Positions 46,336 to 55,909 are shown, counted from the first letter of the stretch. The stretch is DNA of 64,000 nucleotides from Clostridia bacterium (GCA_017467815.1 JAFUKI010000057.1:72155-136154), one strand, 5' to 3'. The notes: generated by a model not told the origin, from the letters alone. Numbers and translations: made by a program.

Positions 46336-46446
46336 AAAGATTTGCGCCGCAATTCTTCCGTCCCCAAACTTTTCCAAAACCTGAAAAAGGGCGCAAGTTT
46401 ATTATTCCAAAAACGACATCCTTAAAGCAATCCAATATTTCTGTTG

Positions 46447-46486
46447 CCCCTCCCTCTTTTCGAAGTTTTTTGAAAAGAGGGAGGGG
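46447..46486. repeat. palindromic hairpin element 2
   Basis: CCCCTCCCTCTTTTC-GAAGTTTTTT-GAAAAGAGGGAGGGG: perfect 15-bp stem. Confidence 0.7.
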
Positions 46487-46517
46487 GTGCAGTTGAGAAT
46501 TGCTTCGCAAATCTCAT

Positions 46518-46556
46518 GAGGGAGAAATACTTTTTCGCAAAAAGTGTTTCTCCCTC
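46518..46556. repeat. palindromic hairpin element 3
   Basis: GAGGGAGAAATACTTTTT-CGC-AAAAAGTGTTTCTCCCTC: ~18-bp stem with one G.U pair. Lies 20 nt downstream of spoVM on the minus strand. Confidence 0.7.
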
Positions 46557-46575
46557 CCCTGCTTTAATTTATTGT

Positions 46576-46653
46576 TCAGTTTTTTCCCATGCGGAAGAAC
46601 CGGCGTAAAAGGGGTATGACAAACCTTGGGCTTTTCCATATTACAACTTTCAT
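46576..46653 (-). CDS. spoVM: stage V sporulation protein M-like micro-protein (25 aa)
   Basis: - Below the ORF-track cutoff.
- GGAG RBS 7 nt before ATG 46653.
- Translation MKVVIWKSPRFVIPLLRRFFRMGKN aligns without gaps to B. subtilis SpoVM MKFYTIKLPKFLGGIVRAMLGSFRKD (M1, K2, K7, P9, F11, R17 identical; basic residues at 10 and 24).
- Sits directly after thiN, as in B. subtilis. Confidence 0.6.
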   Translation of the reverse strand: MKVVIWKSPRFVIPLLRRFFRMGKN

Positions 46654-46734
46654 GTGTATCCTCCATACTGCTGCATATCGGACAGTCGTTCTGCCCTCCG
46701 ACACTTACAGTATATGTACAATGCGCCCGTGCAG

Positions 46735-47364
46735 TTACTTTTTGGATTCCATGATCACTGCGTATCCCGTCAAAGTAATAACGGCTTCCTCACCGACTAC
46801 CTCGTTGCTTACCGCATAGGGCATGGCTCTTTCCAGTTTCGCATCCGTCAGCGGATATTTGCATCCGGTCAGTGTCACCACGCAGGTATCCAAAGCAAAC
46901 ACAGAAAAGTATCCCTTCCGATCCGGCAGTTTTACTGTACAGTCGTGCCGTACCTGAATGCGGTTTTCCCCATCGGTCAGCAGGACACGGATACCCCGTC
47001 TGTCCAGGTTTTCCAGATACAGAATATTGGATAAGCCATGATCCGCTCTTCCGCCCGTACCGCCGATGATGAGTATTTCCTCCGCACCGGCTTCCACGGC
47101 GATCTCACACGCCAGCATGGTATCCGTTTCATCCTTTTCACAGGGGGATTGGTATATCTCCATCCCTTCCGGCAACGCTTCTGCCTGCCTTCCGTCGAAC
47201 AGGGAATCGAAATCCCCTACCAGCTTGTGAGGCTTTATGCCAAGCGCCGCTGCTTTGTGGTAACCGCTGTCCGCCGCAAGAATCATGTCCGCGTTTTCCG
47301 GCAGTGTGATGTTGTCCAGATTGCACGCGCCGCCGGTGAAAACCACTGCTATTTTGCTGCCCAT
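46735..47364 (-). CDS. thiN: thiamine diphosphokinase
   Basis: 209 aa with motifs LAADSGY and GDFDS, plus C-terminal thiamine-binding domain. Confidence 0.85.
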   Translation of the reverse strand: MGSKIAVVFTGGACNLDNITLPENADMILAADSGYHKAAALGIKPHKLVGDFDSLFDGRQAEALPEGMEIYQSPCEKDETDTMLACEIAVEAGAEEILIIGGTGGRADHGLSNILYLENLDRRGIRVLLTDGENRIQVRHDCTVKLPDRKGYFSVFALDTCVVTLTGCKYPLTDAKLERAMPYAVSNEVVGEEAVITLTGYAVIMESKK

Positions 47365-47370
47365 ATTCTC

Positions 47371-48390
47371 CTACCGTCTCCGTTTTCCGGGTGTTTTTCC
47401 TTCTGCTTCCTTCTGCCGTTTCCATTCGGGTTTCTTCAGAATCTCCTCACGGATGGCAATATAATTCTGATGTCTGCCTTCTTCCATTTTTCCCCGCTGC
47501 ACTTTTTCCAGCACCGCACATCCTTCCTCTCTGGTATGGGTGCATTTGGTATACCGGCAGTTTCCGATGCAGTCTGCAAACTCCGGAAAACTCTCCGGCA
47601 GTTCTTCTGCGGTCAGAAAATTGAATCGGGTGAAGTCCAGCATGGAAAAGCCGGGGGTGTCAGCCAGGAAGTACGTATATTTCCCCGCCTTTACCGGATA
47701 CAGCTCCACGTGTCTTGTGGTATGCCGTCCTCTTTCGATCTTGGCACTGACTGTATTGGTTTTCAGCTGCAGATCCGGGTATAGTCGGGTCATCAGTGTG
47801 GACTTGCCCGCACCGGATACACCGGCAAAAGCGGCACGCATATGAGAACCAGCTTCTTCGGCTTTTTTCGCTTCCGTCTCCAGGTACATCTCCAATGCTT
47901 CCACGCCCTCTCCGGTTGCCGCACTCAGCGCAAATACGGGGAATCCCGCCAGCGCATACATCCGGCAGATCCGTTCATTCATTTCCGGATCCATATCCAT
48001 CTTGTTGATTACGAACACAGGTGTGATATTCTTATGCACCGCAATGCAGATCAACTTATCCGCCATCAGCAGGTCCGGCTTCGGACTGGCGCAGGGTACA
48101 ACCACGAAAAGGTGACTCAGATTCGCCATGGGTGGACGGATCATGTCGTTTTTACGCGGCAGTATGTCCGTGATCACCCATCCGGCGTCCCGTTCTTCTT
48201 TGTTCAGTCCTTCTTCCTCAATACCGTTTGCAGGACTGACCAGTACATCATCTCCGGCAAGGGGAGAAATACCTTCCAGCCGAAAAATCCCTCTGGCACG
48301 GCAAAGAAATGTTTCTTTTTCCCCATCCGACGGCAGTACTTCATACAGACCGCCGACACCTTTAATGAGTATCCCTTTGTATTTCTCCAC
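47371..48390 (-). CDS. rsgA: ribosome small subunit-dependent GTPase A
   Basis: Circularly permuted GTPase: NKMD, then GVSGAGKSTLM. Zinc knuckle CRYTKCTHTREEGC. Basic C-terminal tail. Confidence 0.9.
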   Translation of the reverse strand: MEKYKGILIKGVGGLYEVLPSDGEKETFLCRARGIFRLEGISPLAGDDVLVSPANGIEEEGLNKEERDAGWVITDILPRKNDMIRPPMANLSHLFVVVPCASPKPDLLMADKLICIAVHKNITPVFVINKMDMDPEMNERICRMYALAGFPVFALSAATGEGVEALEMYLETEAKKAEEAGSHMRAAFAGVSGAGKSTLMTRLYPDLQLKTNTVSAKIERGRHTTRHVELYPVKAGKYTYFLADTPGFSMLDFTRFNFLTAEELPESFPEFADCIGNCRYTKCTHTREEGCAVLEKVQRGKMEEGRHQNYIAIREEILKKPEWKRQKEAEGKTPGKRRR

Positions 48391-48400
48391 AGTTGTCTCC

Positions 48401-50275
48401 TCAGTTTATAATGCCCCAGGGGAAGTTGGATTTTCTATCCTCTGTTTCGCTCGAACCGACCCAATTATCTTCTTCCTCTGCGGTGTCTTCCTCGTCATCC
48501 CAGGGATACCCTTCATCATAATACGGATCGGTCTCCGGCTCTGTTTCCGGCGGATCCGTTTCCGGCTCTTTTTCCGTATAATCCCAATAAGTCGGGATCG
48601 CCGTACCGTCACCGCTGTAGAAGGCACCGCCGCTTACCACAAAATCGATCTCGGCATACTGATCGATCTCCTTCATGGCGTCCGCGCTTTGATCAATGAC
48701 CGTACCCGGCGTTCTGGTGGATTTCTGATACGTGATCTTGCCGGGGCGCAGGTCGTTTTCCATCAGCTTGATCAGCGCTTCGGCTTCCGTCAGTCCGGAG
48801 AAATTGGGTACCAGAACCTTTACCGTATCCTTACCGTAATTCACATACAGCGTAACCGTATCCCCGATATTTACAACGGTACCGGGTTCGGGGGACATAC
48901 GGACCACATACCCGATGTTCAGGAAATCGTCTTCCGTCTCCTCCAGAGCCACCGTCATGCCCAGCATTCTCAGTTCCGCTTCCGCTTCCCGGTAGTCTCT
49001 TACCGTATAGTCTGCCAGAACTGTGGTTTCCGTTCCCTTACTCACCACCAGGGTCATGGTACATTTCTGTTTGCCTGCCAGAATCTTTTTGGCTTCTTCC
49101 GCTTTCGGGGTTTGGGAAATGATGACCCCTTCTTCGTAATCATCGTTGTACTCATAAATCACATTGGCAAGGGTATACTGTACCGACTCGTCAAACCATG
49201 TTTTCAGCCTGTCCGTGTATTCCGTACCGACGAAATTCTGGACGGATATGGTCTGGTAATTGTTCATGGTAGAGTTGATGAACAGCTTATCAATGATATA
49301 GAAACCGCTTACCCCGGCAACGATCAGGAATGCCACCGTTACACCCATAATGATCGGGAACATGGAACGGCTTCCCTTTTTCGCATTTTTACCGCCGGAT
49401 CTTCTGGTCACACGGGCATTTTCACGGAATACGACCCGCGGATTTTCCTTCAGCCGCATCAGGTGTGCAAGCATATCCTCTGCACTCTGGTAACGGCTTT
49501 CTTTTTCCTTTTCCATGGCTCTGCGGATGATCTGCTCCAGTCCCACCGGGATCTGGGAATTGACCTCTCTCGGCGGAACAGCCACATCATTGACCTGCAT
49601 CAATGCCACGGACACAGGCGTTTCTGCCGTAAAGGGCAGCTGTCCCGTTGCCATTTCGTACATCATAACGCCCAGTGCATACAAATCGCTCCGCGCGTCG
49701 ATCTGGGTACCGCTGACCTGTTCGGGGCTGATATAGTATACCGTGCCGATGGCTTTATCGGTCATGGTTACCGTTTCTGCATTGGGCAGTTTGGCAATAC
49801 CGAAGTCCATGACTTTGATCACGCCGTTTTTCAGCAGCATGATATTCTGGGGTTTGATATCTCTGTGAATGATTCCCTTCTTATGGGCGTGCATCAGGGC
49901 TTTCAGAATCTGGGTTGTATAACTGATGATCTCTCTCAAATTCAGCACTTCCCTGTGGCGCATATAGTTTTTCAGGGTGATTCCATCCACATATTCCATA
50001 ACAATATACTTGATGTTATCCCGGACGGATACATCATAGATATTGACAATATTGGGGTGGGACAGCATAGCGACGGCTTTGGATTCGTTGATGAATCGTT
50101 TCACCGACTGTTCGTCTCCTGCAATCTCATCCTTCAGAATCTTTACAGCAACCAGACGGCGCATCAGCAGGTCGGTTGCCTTGAACACGATCGCCATTCC
50201 GCCGATACCGATCACCTTCTCGATCCGATAGCGATTGTCGAAGATCTGACCCACGTATTTTTCATATATATCCAT
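48401..50275 (-). CDS. prkC: Ser/Thr protein kinase with PASTA repeats
   Basis: Hanks kinase motifs (VAVKIL, HRDIKPQN, DFGIA, SPEQ), one TM, three PASTA-like repeats, acidic C-terminal tail. Confidence 0.9.
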   Translation of the reverse strand: MDIYEKYVGQIFDNRYRIEKVIGIGGMAIVFKATDLLMRRLVAVKILKDEIAGDEQSVKRFINESKAVAMLSHPNIVNIYDVSVRDNIKYIVMEYVDGITLKNYMRHREVLNLREIISYTTQILKALMHAHKKGIIHRDIKPQNIMLLKNGVIKVMDFGIAKLPNAETVTMTDKAIGTVYYISPEQVSGTQIDARSDLYALGVMMYEMATGQLPFTAETPVSVALMQVNDVAVPPREVNSQIPVGLEQIIRRAMEKEKESRYQSAEDMLAHLMRLKENPRVVFRENARVTRRSGGKNAKKGSRSMFPIIMGVTVAFLIVAGVSGFYIIDKLFINSTMNNYQTISVQNFVGTEYTDRLKTWFDESVQYTLANVIYEYNDDYEEGVIISQTPKAEEAKKILAGKQKCTMTLVVSKGTETTVLADYTVRDYREAEAELRMLGMTVALEETEDDFLNIGYVVRMSPEPGTVVNIGDTVTLYVNYGKDTVKVLVPNFSGLTEAEALIKLMENDLRPGKITYQKSTRTPGTVIDQSADAMKEIDQYAEIDFVVSGGAFYSGDGTAIPTYWDYTEKEPETDPPETEPETDPYYDEGYPWDDEEDTAEEEDNWVGSSETEDRKSNFPWGIIN

Positions 50276-50372
50276 ACGTATAAGCGCAAATTACCAATCC
50301 GCAGTTTCCTTAAAGGAAGCGCATATTGGCTTTGCATCCTTTCTTTTCAATCTGATTCCCGCAACAATCGTT

Positions 50373-51140
50373 TTATACGGCTACCATAACTGCCGTAATA
50401 TTATCGCTTCCGCCTCTTTCGTTTGCCATGCGGACCAGTTCTTCGCACGCCATGCGCAGGATATCCTCGCCTTCATCCGTAAACTTTTCCACAACGGCAC
50501 AGATCTCTTCCGGTTCCACATAATTGGTCAGCCCGTCGGAACACAGCAGCAGGTATTCCCCGCTGTATTCTTCTCTCGGTGTGGTAAAGACATCCGCATT
50601 TACGGTACGCTCGGTCCCCACGGCTCTGGTGATGATATTGCGGTTATTGGACTGCTTTGCCTGTTCCGGTGTCAGCTTGCCCGTATCCACAAGGAACTGC
50701 ACATAGGAGTGATCGTGGGTTACCTGACAAAGATTACCCTTCTCCGTCAGGTACATACGGCTGTCACCGATATTTACCGTATAAATGGTATCCGGCAGAA
50801 CCAGACAGCCTACCAGAGTTGTACCCATGCCGGCGAGGGATTCTTCAATGCTGCTTTTCCGGTAGATCACCCGGTTCGCTTCCACCGATGCTTCCACCAG
50901 CATATCACAGATTTCTTCCTCGCTCATGCCCTTGAACAAAGGATACTTCTCCTGTTTGTCCTCTATCACATTCATAAAGGAATCCGTAGCCATGGTACTG
51001 GCAACACTTCCTCCTTTGGCACCGCCCATACCGTCGCATACCACCGCAGCCAGCACCTCACTGCTGTAGGAACGAATCATAAAATAATCCTGATTCACGG
51101 CACGCTTCATGCCGATATCTGTTTTTCCATAGAATAGCAT
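50373..51140 (-). CDS. stp: PP2C family Ser/Thr phosphatase
   Basis: Motifs TDIGMKRAVNQD, VCDGMGG, LCSDGL, GGSDNIT. Start moved to ATG 51140 behind GGAGA. Confidence 0.9.
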   Translation of the reverse strand: MLFYGKTDIGMKRAVNQDYFMIRSYSSEVLAAVVCDGMGGAKGGSVASTMATDSFMNVIEDKQEKYPLFKGMSEEEICDMLVEASVEANRVIYRKSSIEESLAGMGTTLVGCLVLPDTIYTVNIGDSRMYLTEKGNLCQVTHDHSYVQFLVDTGKLTPEQAKQSNNRNIITRAVGTERTVNADVFTTPREEYSGEYLLLCSDGLTNYVEPEEICAVVEKFTDEGEDILRMACEELVRMANERGGSDNITAVMVAV

Positions 51141-51267
51141 ATGTGTCTCCTCTGTTCTTAGGGCGTGATTGATGAAAAGTCCCATCAATCGTATGTGTTT
51201 ATATATAGTATACTACGTATACAGCGTATATTCTATCCTGAATTTCTGAACATTCTGCAACGGAATG

Positions 51268-52335
51268 TCACATTTTGTCTTCTGCCGCCTGTTTGCGCCG
51301 CAGTCTGAGCTGTCCGCAGGATGCATCAATATCCCCGCCCAGCTTACGACGGATGGTGGCATTGATCCCTCTTGCTTCCAGCTGTTTCCGGAATGCTTCC
51401 GCCCGCTGTCTGCCCGGTCGCTCCAGACCCGTTTCCGCTACTTCGTTCAGGGGTATGAGATTTACATGACAGGGACAGCGCATTTCTTTTTTCAGCACCG
51501 CCGCCAATGCATCTGCCTGTGCCGGTGTATCGTTTTTCCCGGCAATCAGGGTATACTCGAAGGACACCCGTCTGCCCGTTTTCACAAAGTACTGACGGCA
51601 GGCACCGAGCAGTACGGAAATGGGGTATTTTTTATTGATCGGCATCAAGGCGGAACGGGTCTCGTCATCTGCCGCGTGAAGGGATACGGACAATGTTACC
51701 GGCAGTCCTTCTTCTGCAAGATCATGAATTTTCGGAACGATGCCGCAGGTGGACAGGGATATATGTCTGAGTCCGATATTCAGTCCTGCCGGATCGCTGA
51801 CCAGGCGGAGAAAACGCACCACATTATCGTAATTGTCCAGCGGCTCACCGATTCCCATCATCACAATGCCGTCCACACGTTCTCCCGTGTCCCGTCCTAC
51901 GGTGATTACCTGACCCAGAATTTCCGATGCGGTCAGATTTCGGACCTGTCCGTTCAGAGTGGAGGCACAGAACCGGCATCCCATGCGGCATCCTGCCTGA
52001 GAAGATACGCACAGGGTACTGCCGTGGTGGTATTTCATGAATACACATTCCACACATTCTCCATCCTTCAGGGACAGGAGATATTTGACCGTACCGTCTT
52101 CTGCGGATATGTATTTTTCTTCAATCTGCGGGAGACGCCAATCGGTATGCGCCTCGATTTTCTCGCGAAAAGCTTTGGGCAGATTGGTCATTTCCCCGAA
52201 GGATGCGCCTTTATGCAGCCATGTGAACAGCTGTCCCGCACGATATCCGGGTTCTCCCATGGAAACCACGAAGGCTTTCATTTCGTCCGGAGTCATGGAC
52301 AGTATATCCGTTTTCTGCTGTACATCACTCGTCAT
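51268..52335 (-). CDS. rlmN: 23S rRNA (adenine2503-C2)-methyltransferase, radical SAM
   Basis: CxxxCxxC motif (CRMGCRFC), GMGEPL, 355 aa, conserved position next to rsmB. Confidence 0.92.
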   Translation of the reverse strand: MTSDVQQKTDILSMTPDEMKAFVVSMGEPGYRAGQLFTWLHKGASFGEMTNLPKAFREKIEAHTDWRLPQIEEKYISAEDGTVKYLLSLKDGECVECVFMKYHHGSTLCVSSQAGCRMGCRFCASTLNGQVRNLTASEILGQVITVGRDTGERVDGIVMMGIGEPLDNYDNVVRFLRLVSDPAGLNIGLRHISLSTCGIVPKIHDLAEEGLPVTLSVSLHAADDETRSALMPINKKYPISVLLGACRQYFVKTGRRVSFEYTLIAGKNDTPAQADALAAVLKKEMRCPCHVNLIPLNEVAETGLERPGRQRAEAFRKQLEARGINATIRRKLGGDIDASCGQLRLRRKQAAEDKM

Positions 52336-52344
52336 ATATACTCC

Positions 52345-53649
52345 TTATGCTTTTCTGACCATACGGGCAATGAAGAAGCCGTCCGTATGGTGGATGTGGG
52401 GAAACAGGGTAATCATCCCTTCCGCCTTCACGCCGCCCACAGCAAAGGGGGACAAAGTAAAGTCCGGATGGGTTTCCAGAAAGGCATTCACTACCTCTTC
52501 ATTTTCTTTTTTGTGCAGTGTACAGGTGGAATACACCAGCACTCCGCCCGGTTTTACATAACGGGAAGCACCCTCCAGCACTTCTCTCTGAATCCGAGGC
52601 AGATTTTCGATATCCGAGATATCCTTATAACGGATATCCGGTTTTTTGGCAATAACGCCAAGTCCCGAACAGGGTGCGTCGCAAAGCACTCTGTCCGCTG
52701 TATCCACCAACGCTGTATCCGGATTTCTGGCATCCCGTACACCGGTGTGAATGATGTCAAGACCCAGTCTGCCGGCGGTTTTGTCAATCAGTGTCAGTTT
52801 ATTGCCGTGGAGATCGAAGGAAAATACTTCGCCCCGATCCTGCATATCCAGTGCCGCCGAGAAGCTCTTTCCGCCGGGACAGGCACAGGTATCCACAAGT
52901 CTTTCGCCCGGCATGGCACCGAGAATCATGGTACACAGTCTGGATGCGCCGTCCTGTACAAAATACAGCCCATCTTCAAGACCCTTCCGCACACTTTCCG
53001 TAACACTTTCCACCCGGATCATACCGGTGAACCGTTCATCCACCGTACCGCCGGTCTGTGCAGCCGCATCCTCCGGAGTGATCCGTTCCGTATTGCACCG
53101 CAGATACACATCCGGCTCCCCATTCACGCAGGAAAGGATTTTTTCAGCCGTTTCCCAACCGTAGGAATCCACAAACAATTTCACCAGCGCTGCAGGCATG
53201 GAATAATATATGGAGGCGTAGTAAAAAGGATCCTTTTCCTTATCGGGATACACGATCTTCTTCCCATCTCTGAGAAAGGAACGCAGAATGGCGTTGACAA
53301 AACCGCCTTTCCCTCTGTTCACCAGCGATACCGATTCCGATACTGCCGCAAATTCCGGGATTCTGTCCATATAGCACATCTGATACAGACCGATCCGCAA
53401 TGCTGTACGCACATCCGGATCCAGTTCTGCGGCTTTGGTGTTCTTAGCGTAACGGTCGATGATATAGTCAAGGGTCATCCGTCTTTCGGATACGCCGTAC
53501 ACCAATCTTGTGTACAGGCCTTTATCCGCATCCGACATACCGGCTCCCCGGATCCCGGCGTCAATTTCCAGATTGGTATATTTTCCGCACTTTTCGCAAG
53601 CCAACAGGGACTGCATGGCAAGCCGGCGGGGAGTCGTTTTTGTTTCCAT
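52345..53649 (-). CDS. rsmB: 16S rRNA (cytosine967-C5)-methyltransferase
   Basis: NusB-like N-terminus. SAM motif DTCACPGGKS and catalytic DAPCSGLG/YSTCT. Confidence 0.9.
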   Translation of the reverse strand: METKTTPRRLAMQSLLACEKCGKYTNLEIDAGIRGAGMSDADKGLYTRLVYGVSERRMTLDYIIDRYAKNTKAAELDPDVRTALRIGLYQMCYMDRIPEFAAVSESVSLVNRGKGGFVNAILRSFLRDGKKIVYPDKEKDPFYYASIYYSMPAALVKLFVDSYGWETAEKILSCVNGEPDVYLRCNTERITPEDAAAQTGGTVDERFTGMIRVESVTESVRKGLEDGLYFVQDGASRLCTMILGAMPGERLVDTCACPGGKSFSAALDMQDRGEVFSFDLHGNKLTLIDKTAGRLGLDIIHTGVRDARNPDTALVDTADRVLCDAPCSGLGVIAKKPDIRYKDISDIENLPRIQREVLEGASRYVKPGGVLVYSTCTLHKKENEEVVNAFLETHPDFTLSPFAVGGVKAEGMITLFPHIHHTDGFFIARMVRKA

Positions 53650-53667
53650 ATACTTACCTTACTTCAA

Positions 53668-54366
53668 TTATCTCCGTCTGCTTCTGTTTGCCAGAGAAAG
53701 GAGTCTCAGCATATTGCCCAGTGCCACAGCCAGTGCTGCCACATAGGTCATAGCCGCTGCTTTCAGTACCTTTCCGGCTGCTGTCAATCCTTGTGAGGAC
53801 ACCCGTCCCGATGCTTTCAGGGCATTTACCGCCCGTCTGCTGGCATTGAATTCCACCGGCAGTGTCACCAGCTGAAATACAACCGATGCGCCGAAGAAAA
53901 TCACGCCGAGATAGGCAAGTGCCGGGATGGAAAACAAAATGCCCAAAAGTACCAGCGGTACCGCCAGATTGGAACCGATATTGGTTACCGGAATAATCGC
54001 ACTGCGGATCTTCATGGGAAAATATCCTTGGGCATACTGTACCGCATGACCGGCTTCATGTGCCGCAACACCTACCGCGGCGGCAGAAGAAACCCCGTAT
54101 ACCGACTGTGACAGCCGTATTACATTGGATTTCGGATCAAAATGGTCCGTCAGTTCCCCGGCGACTTCCGTTACCGTTACATGATACAGTCCGTTGGCAT
54201 CGAGAATCAGCCTTGCCGCATCCCTGCCGGTCATTCCCCCATCGGAGGGCATTTTCGAATACTTTGCAAAAGTGGATTTTACCATACCCTGCGCGATCAA
54301 AGCAAAAATCAGCGCGGGCAGTACATAAATCAGATAACTGGTATCTATTCCGTAAAACAAAGGCAT
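53668..54366 (-). CDS. putative neutral zinc metallopeptidase (YugP-like, Zn_peptidase_2)
   Basis: 232 aa, TM helices at both ends, HEAGHAVQ motif. Confidence 0.8.
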   Translation of the reverse strand: MPLFYGIDTSYLIYVLPALIFALIAQGMVKSTFAKYSKMPSDGGMTGRDAARLILDANGLYHVTVTEVAGELTDHFDPKSNVIRLSQSVYGVSSAAAVGVAAHEAGHAVQYAQGYFPMKIRSAIIPVTNIGSNLAVPLVLLGILFSIPALAYLGVIFFGASVVFQLVTLPVEFNASRRAVNALKASGRVSSQGLTAAGKVLKAAAMTYVAALAVALGNMLRLLSLANRSRRR

Positions 54367-54392
54367 TCCGTTTTAACCTCTTTCTTCAGAAA

Positions 54393-55355
54393 TCAGCCAA
54401 TGTCGTCTTTGCCCAGTACGTCACCGACGGCAATTTTTCTGCCGCGGATATAGTCCATTGCCGCCATTCTGCTCTTGCCTTCCGGAACAACGCCGGTGAA
54501 CAGCAATGTTTTCCCGTCACCGCAGACCACGCGGATTCCTTCCGACAGATCCACAACCGTTCCGGGGGCTTCATTATAAGTTTTCTCCGCTTTGTCCCGT
54601 TTTACTGTGGTAATTTTCAGAATTTTTCCGTCCGGGGTGTGGGTCATGGCGTAGGGCATGGGAGAAAGGCCCCGGATCTGACAGAACAGTTTTTCCGCAC
54701 TTTCCGCAAAGGACAGCAGTGTATCCGCCTTTTCGATTTTTGCGGCATAGGTAACGCCTTCTTCCGGCTGTACGGTTCTGTTGTCGTCCACTGTACCGTC
54801 CAAGATTTTATCAATCACCTGACACATGGCTTTTCCTGCCAGGTCTGCCAGCGTATCATGCAGGGTACCGAAATCATCTTCATCGGTAATGGGGCAGGTC
54901 AGCTTCAGGATCATATCTCCCGTATCCAGACCTTCGTTCATATACATCGCCGTAATACCCGTTTCCGTTTCCCCGTCCATAATGGCTCTCTGAATGGGAG
55001 AAGCGCCTCTGTACTTCGGCAGGAGGGAGCCGTGAGCGTTTACACAGCCGTATTTCGGATACTCCAGTACATAGGCAGGCAGGATTTTGCCGTATGCCGC
55101 TACGATGATCAGTTCCGGATCCAGCTTCGCCAACTCCTCCGCAAATGCACCGTCCTTCAGTGTCACGGGCTGGTATACAGGAAGACCTTTTTCTTCCGCA
55201 AATACTTTCACCGGCGGTGCAACCATTTTCATACCCCGTCCCTTTGGCTTATCCGGCTGTGTCAGCACACCTACGATCTCAGCCGCAGGATGGGCGTACA
55301 CTGCTTCCAGACAAACTTTTGCAAGGTCGGGTGTTCCCATAAATACTATACGCAT
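54393..55355 (-). CDS. fmt: methionyl-tRNA formyltransferase
   Basis: MRIVFMGTPD start and HGSLLPKYRGASPIQ motif. Confidence 0.92.
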   Translation of the reverse strand: MRIVFMGTPDLAKVCLEAVYAHPAAEIVGVLTQPDKPKGRGMKMVAPPVKVFAEEKGLPVYQPVTLKDGAFAEELAKLDPELIIVAAYGKILPAYVLEYPKYGCVNAHGSLLPKYRGASPIQRAIMDGETETGITAMYMNEGLDTGDMILKLTCPITDEDDFGTLHDTLADLAGKAMCQVIDKILDGTVDDNRTVQPEEGVTYAAKIEKADTLLSFAESAEKLFCQIRGLSPMPYAMTHTPDGKILKITTVKRDKAEKTYNEAPGTVVDLSEGIRVVCGDGKTLLFTGVVPEGKSRMAAMDYIRGRKIAVGDVLGKDDIG

Positions 55356-55358
55356 CTT

Positions 55359-55850
55359 TTATTCCTCGTCGTCCTTGCCGAACATTTCTTCCACTTCTTC
55401 GGGGGTATAGATGTGTACAGCATTGTCGATGAACAGAATCCCTTCCAGATGATCCAGTTCATGACAGAATGCTCTTGCGGTCAGACCTTCTCCGGTGATG
55501 GTAAATTCTTCCCCGTCCATATTGAGGGCACGAACCGTTACCTTGGCGGGACGATGGGTAACCCCCCACACATCCGGCACAGAGAGACAGCCTTCCATTT
55601 CTTCCTGTTCTCCTTCGGCTTCGATGATTTCAGGGTTGATCAGGGGAACGATCTCGTCATCCACCACAACCAGTACGATCCGACGCATAATGCCTACCTG
55701 AGGCGCCGCCAGACCTGCACCGTTGGCATCGTCCAGAGTATCCGCCATATCTTCGATCAGTTGACGGATACGGGGCGTAATTTCGGTAACGGGGCGGCAT
55801 TTTTTCCGCAGAATCGGGTCGCCTTCCTTAACAATATTCAAAATAGCCAT
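55359..55850 (-). CDS. def: peptide deformylase
   Basis: Motifs GAGLAAPQVG, EGCLS, HELDH. Start moved to ATG 55850 behind GGAGA. Confidence 0.92.
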   Translation of the reverse strand: MAILNIVKEGDPILRKKCRPVTEITPRIRQLIEDMADTLDDANGAGLAAPQVGIMRRIVLVVVDDEIVPLINPEIIEAEGEQEEMEGCLSVPDVWGVTHRPAKVTVRALNMDGEEFTITGEGLTARAFCHELDHLEGILFIDNAVHIYTPEEVEEMFGKDDEE

Positions 55851-55909
55851 TGTAATCTCCATTCCACCGCAATGCGGCTGATCCATATGTAAATTTCAGT
55901 ATTTTCCAT

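Noticed and set aside
46022-46510. 162-aa minus-strand ORF covering the AcnX small-subunit 3' end and the hairpin repeats
   Set aside because: It reads through palindromic repeats (giving mirrored low-complexity peptide), overlaps a real gene in antisense and has no RBS.
48128-50389. 753-aa plus-strand ORF opposite prkC
   Set aside because: Same codon-aligned antisense artefact. prkC on the minus strand has complete kinase and PASTA motifs.
51265-53796. 843-aa plus-strand ORF spanning rlmN, rsmB and part of the Zn-peptidase gene
   Set aside because: It is a codon-aligned antisense shadow of well-supported minus-strand genes. The translation is low-complexity (rich in R/H/G/F/C) with no recognisable motif, has no RBS and crosses gene boundaries.
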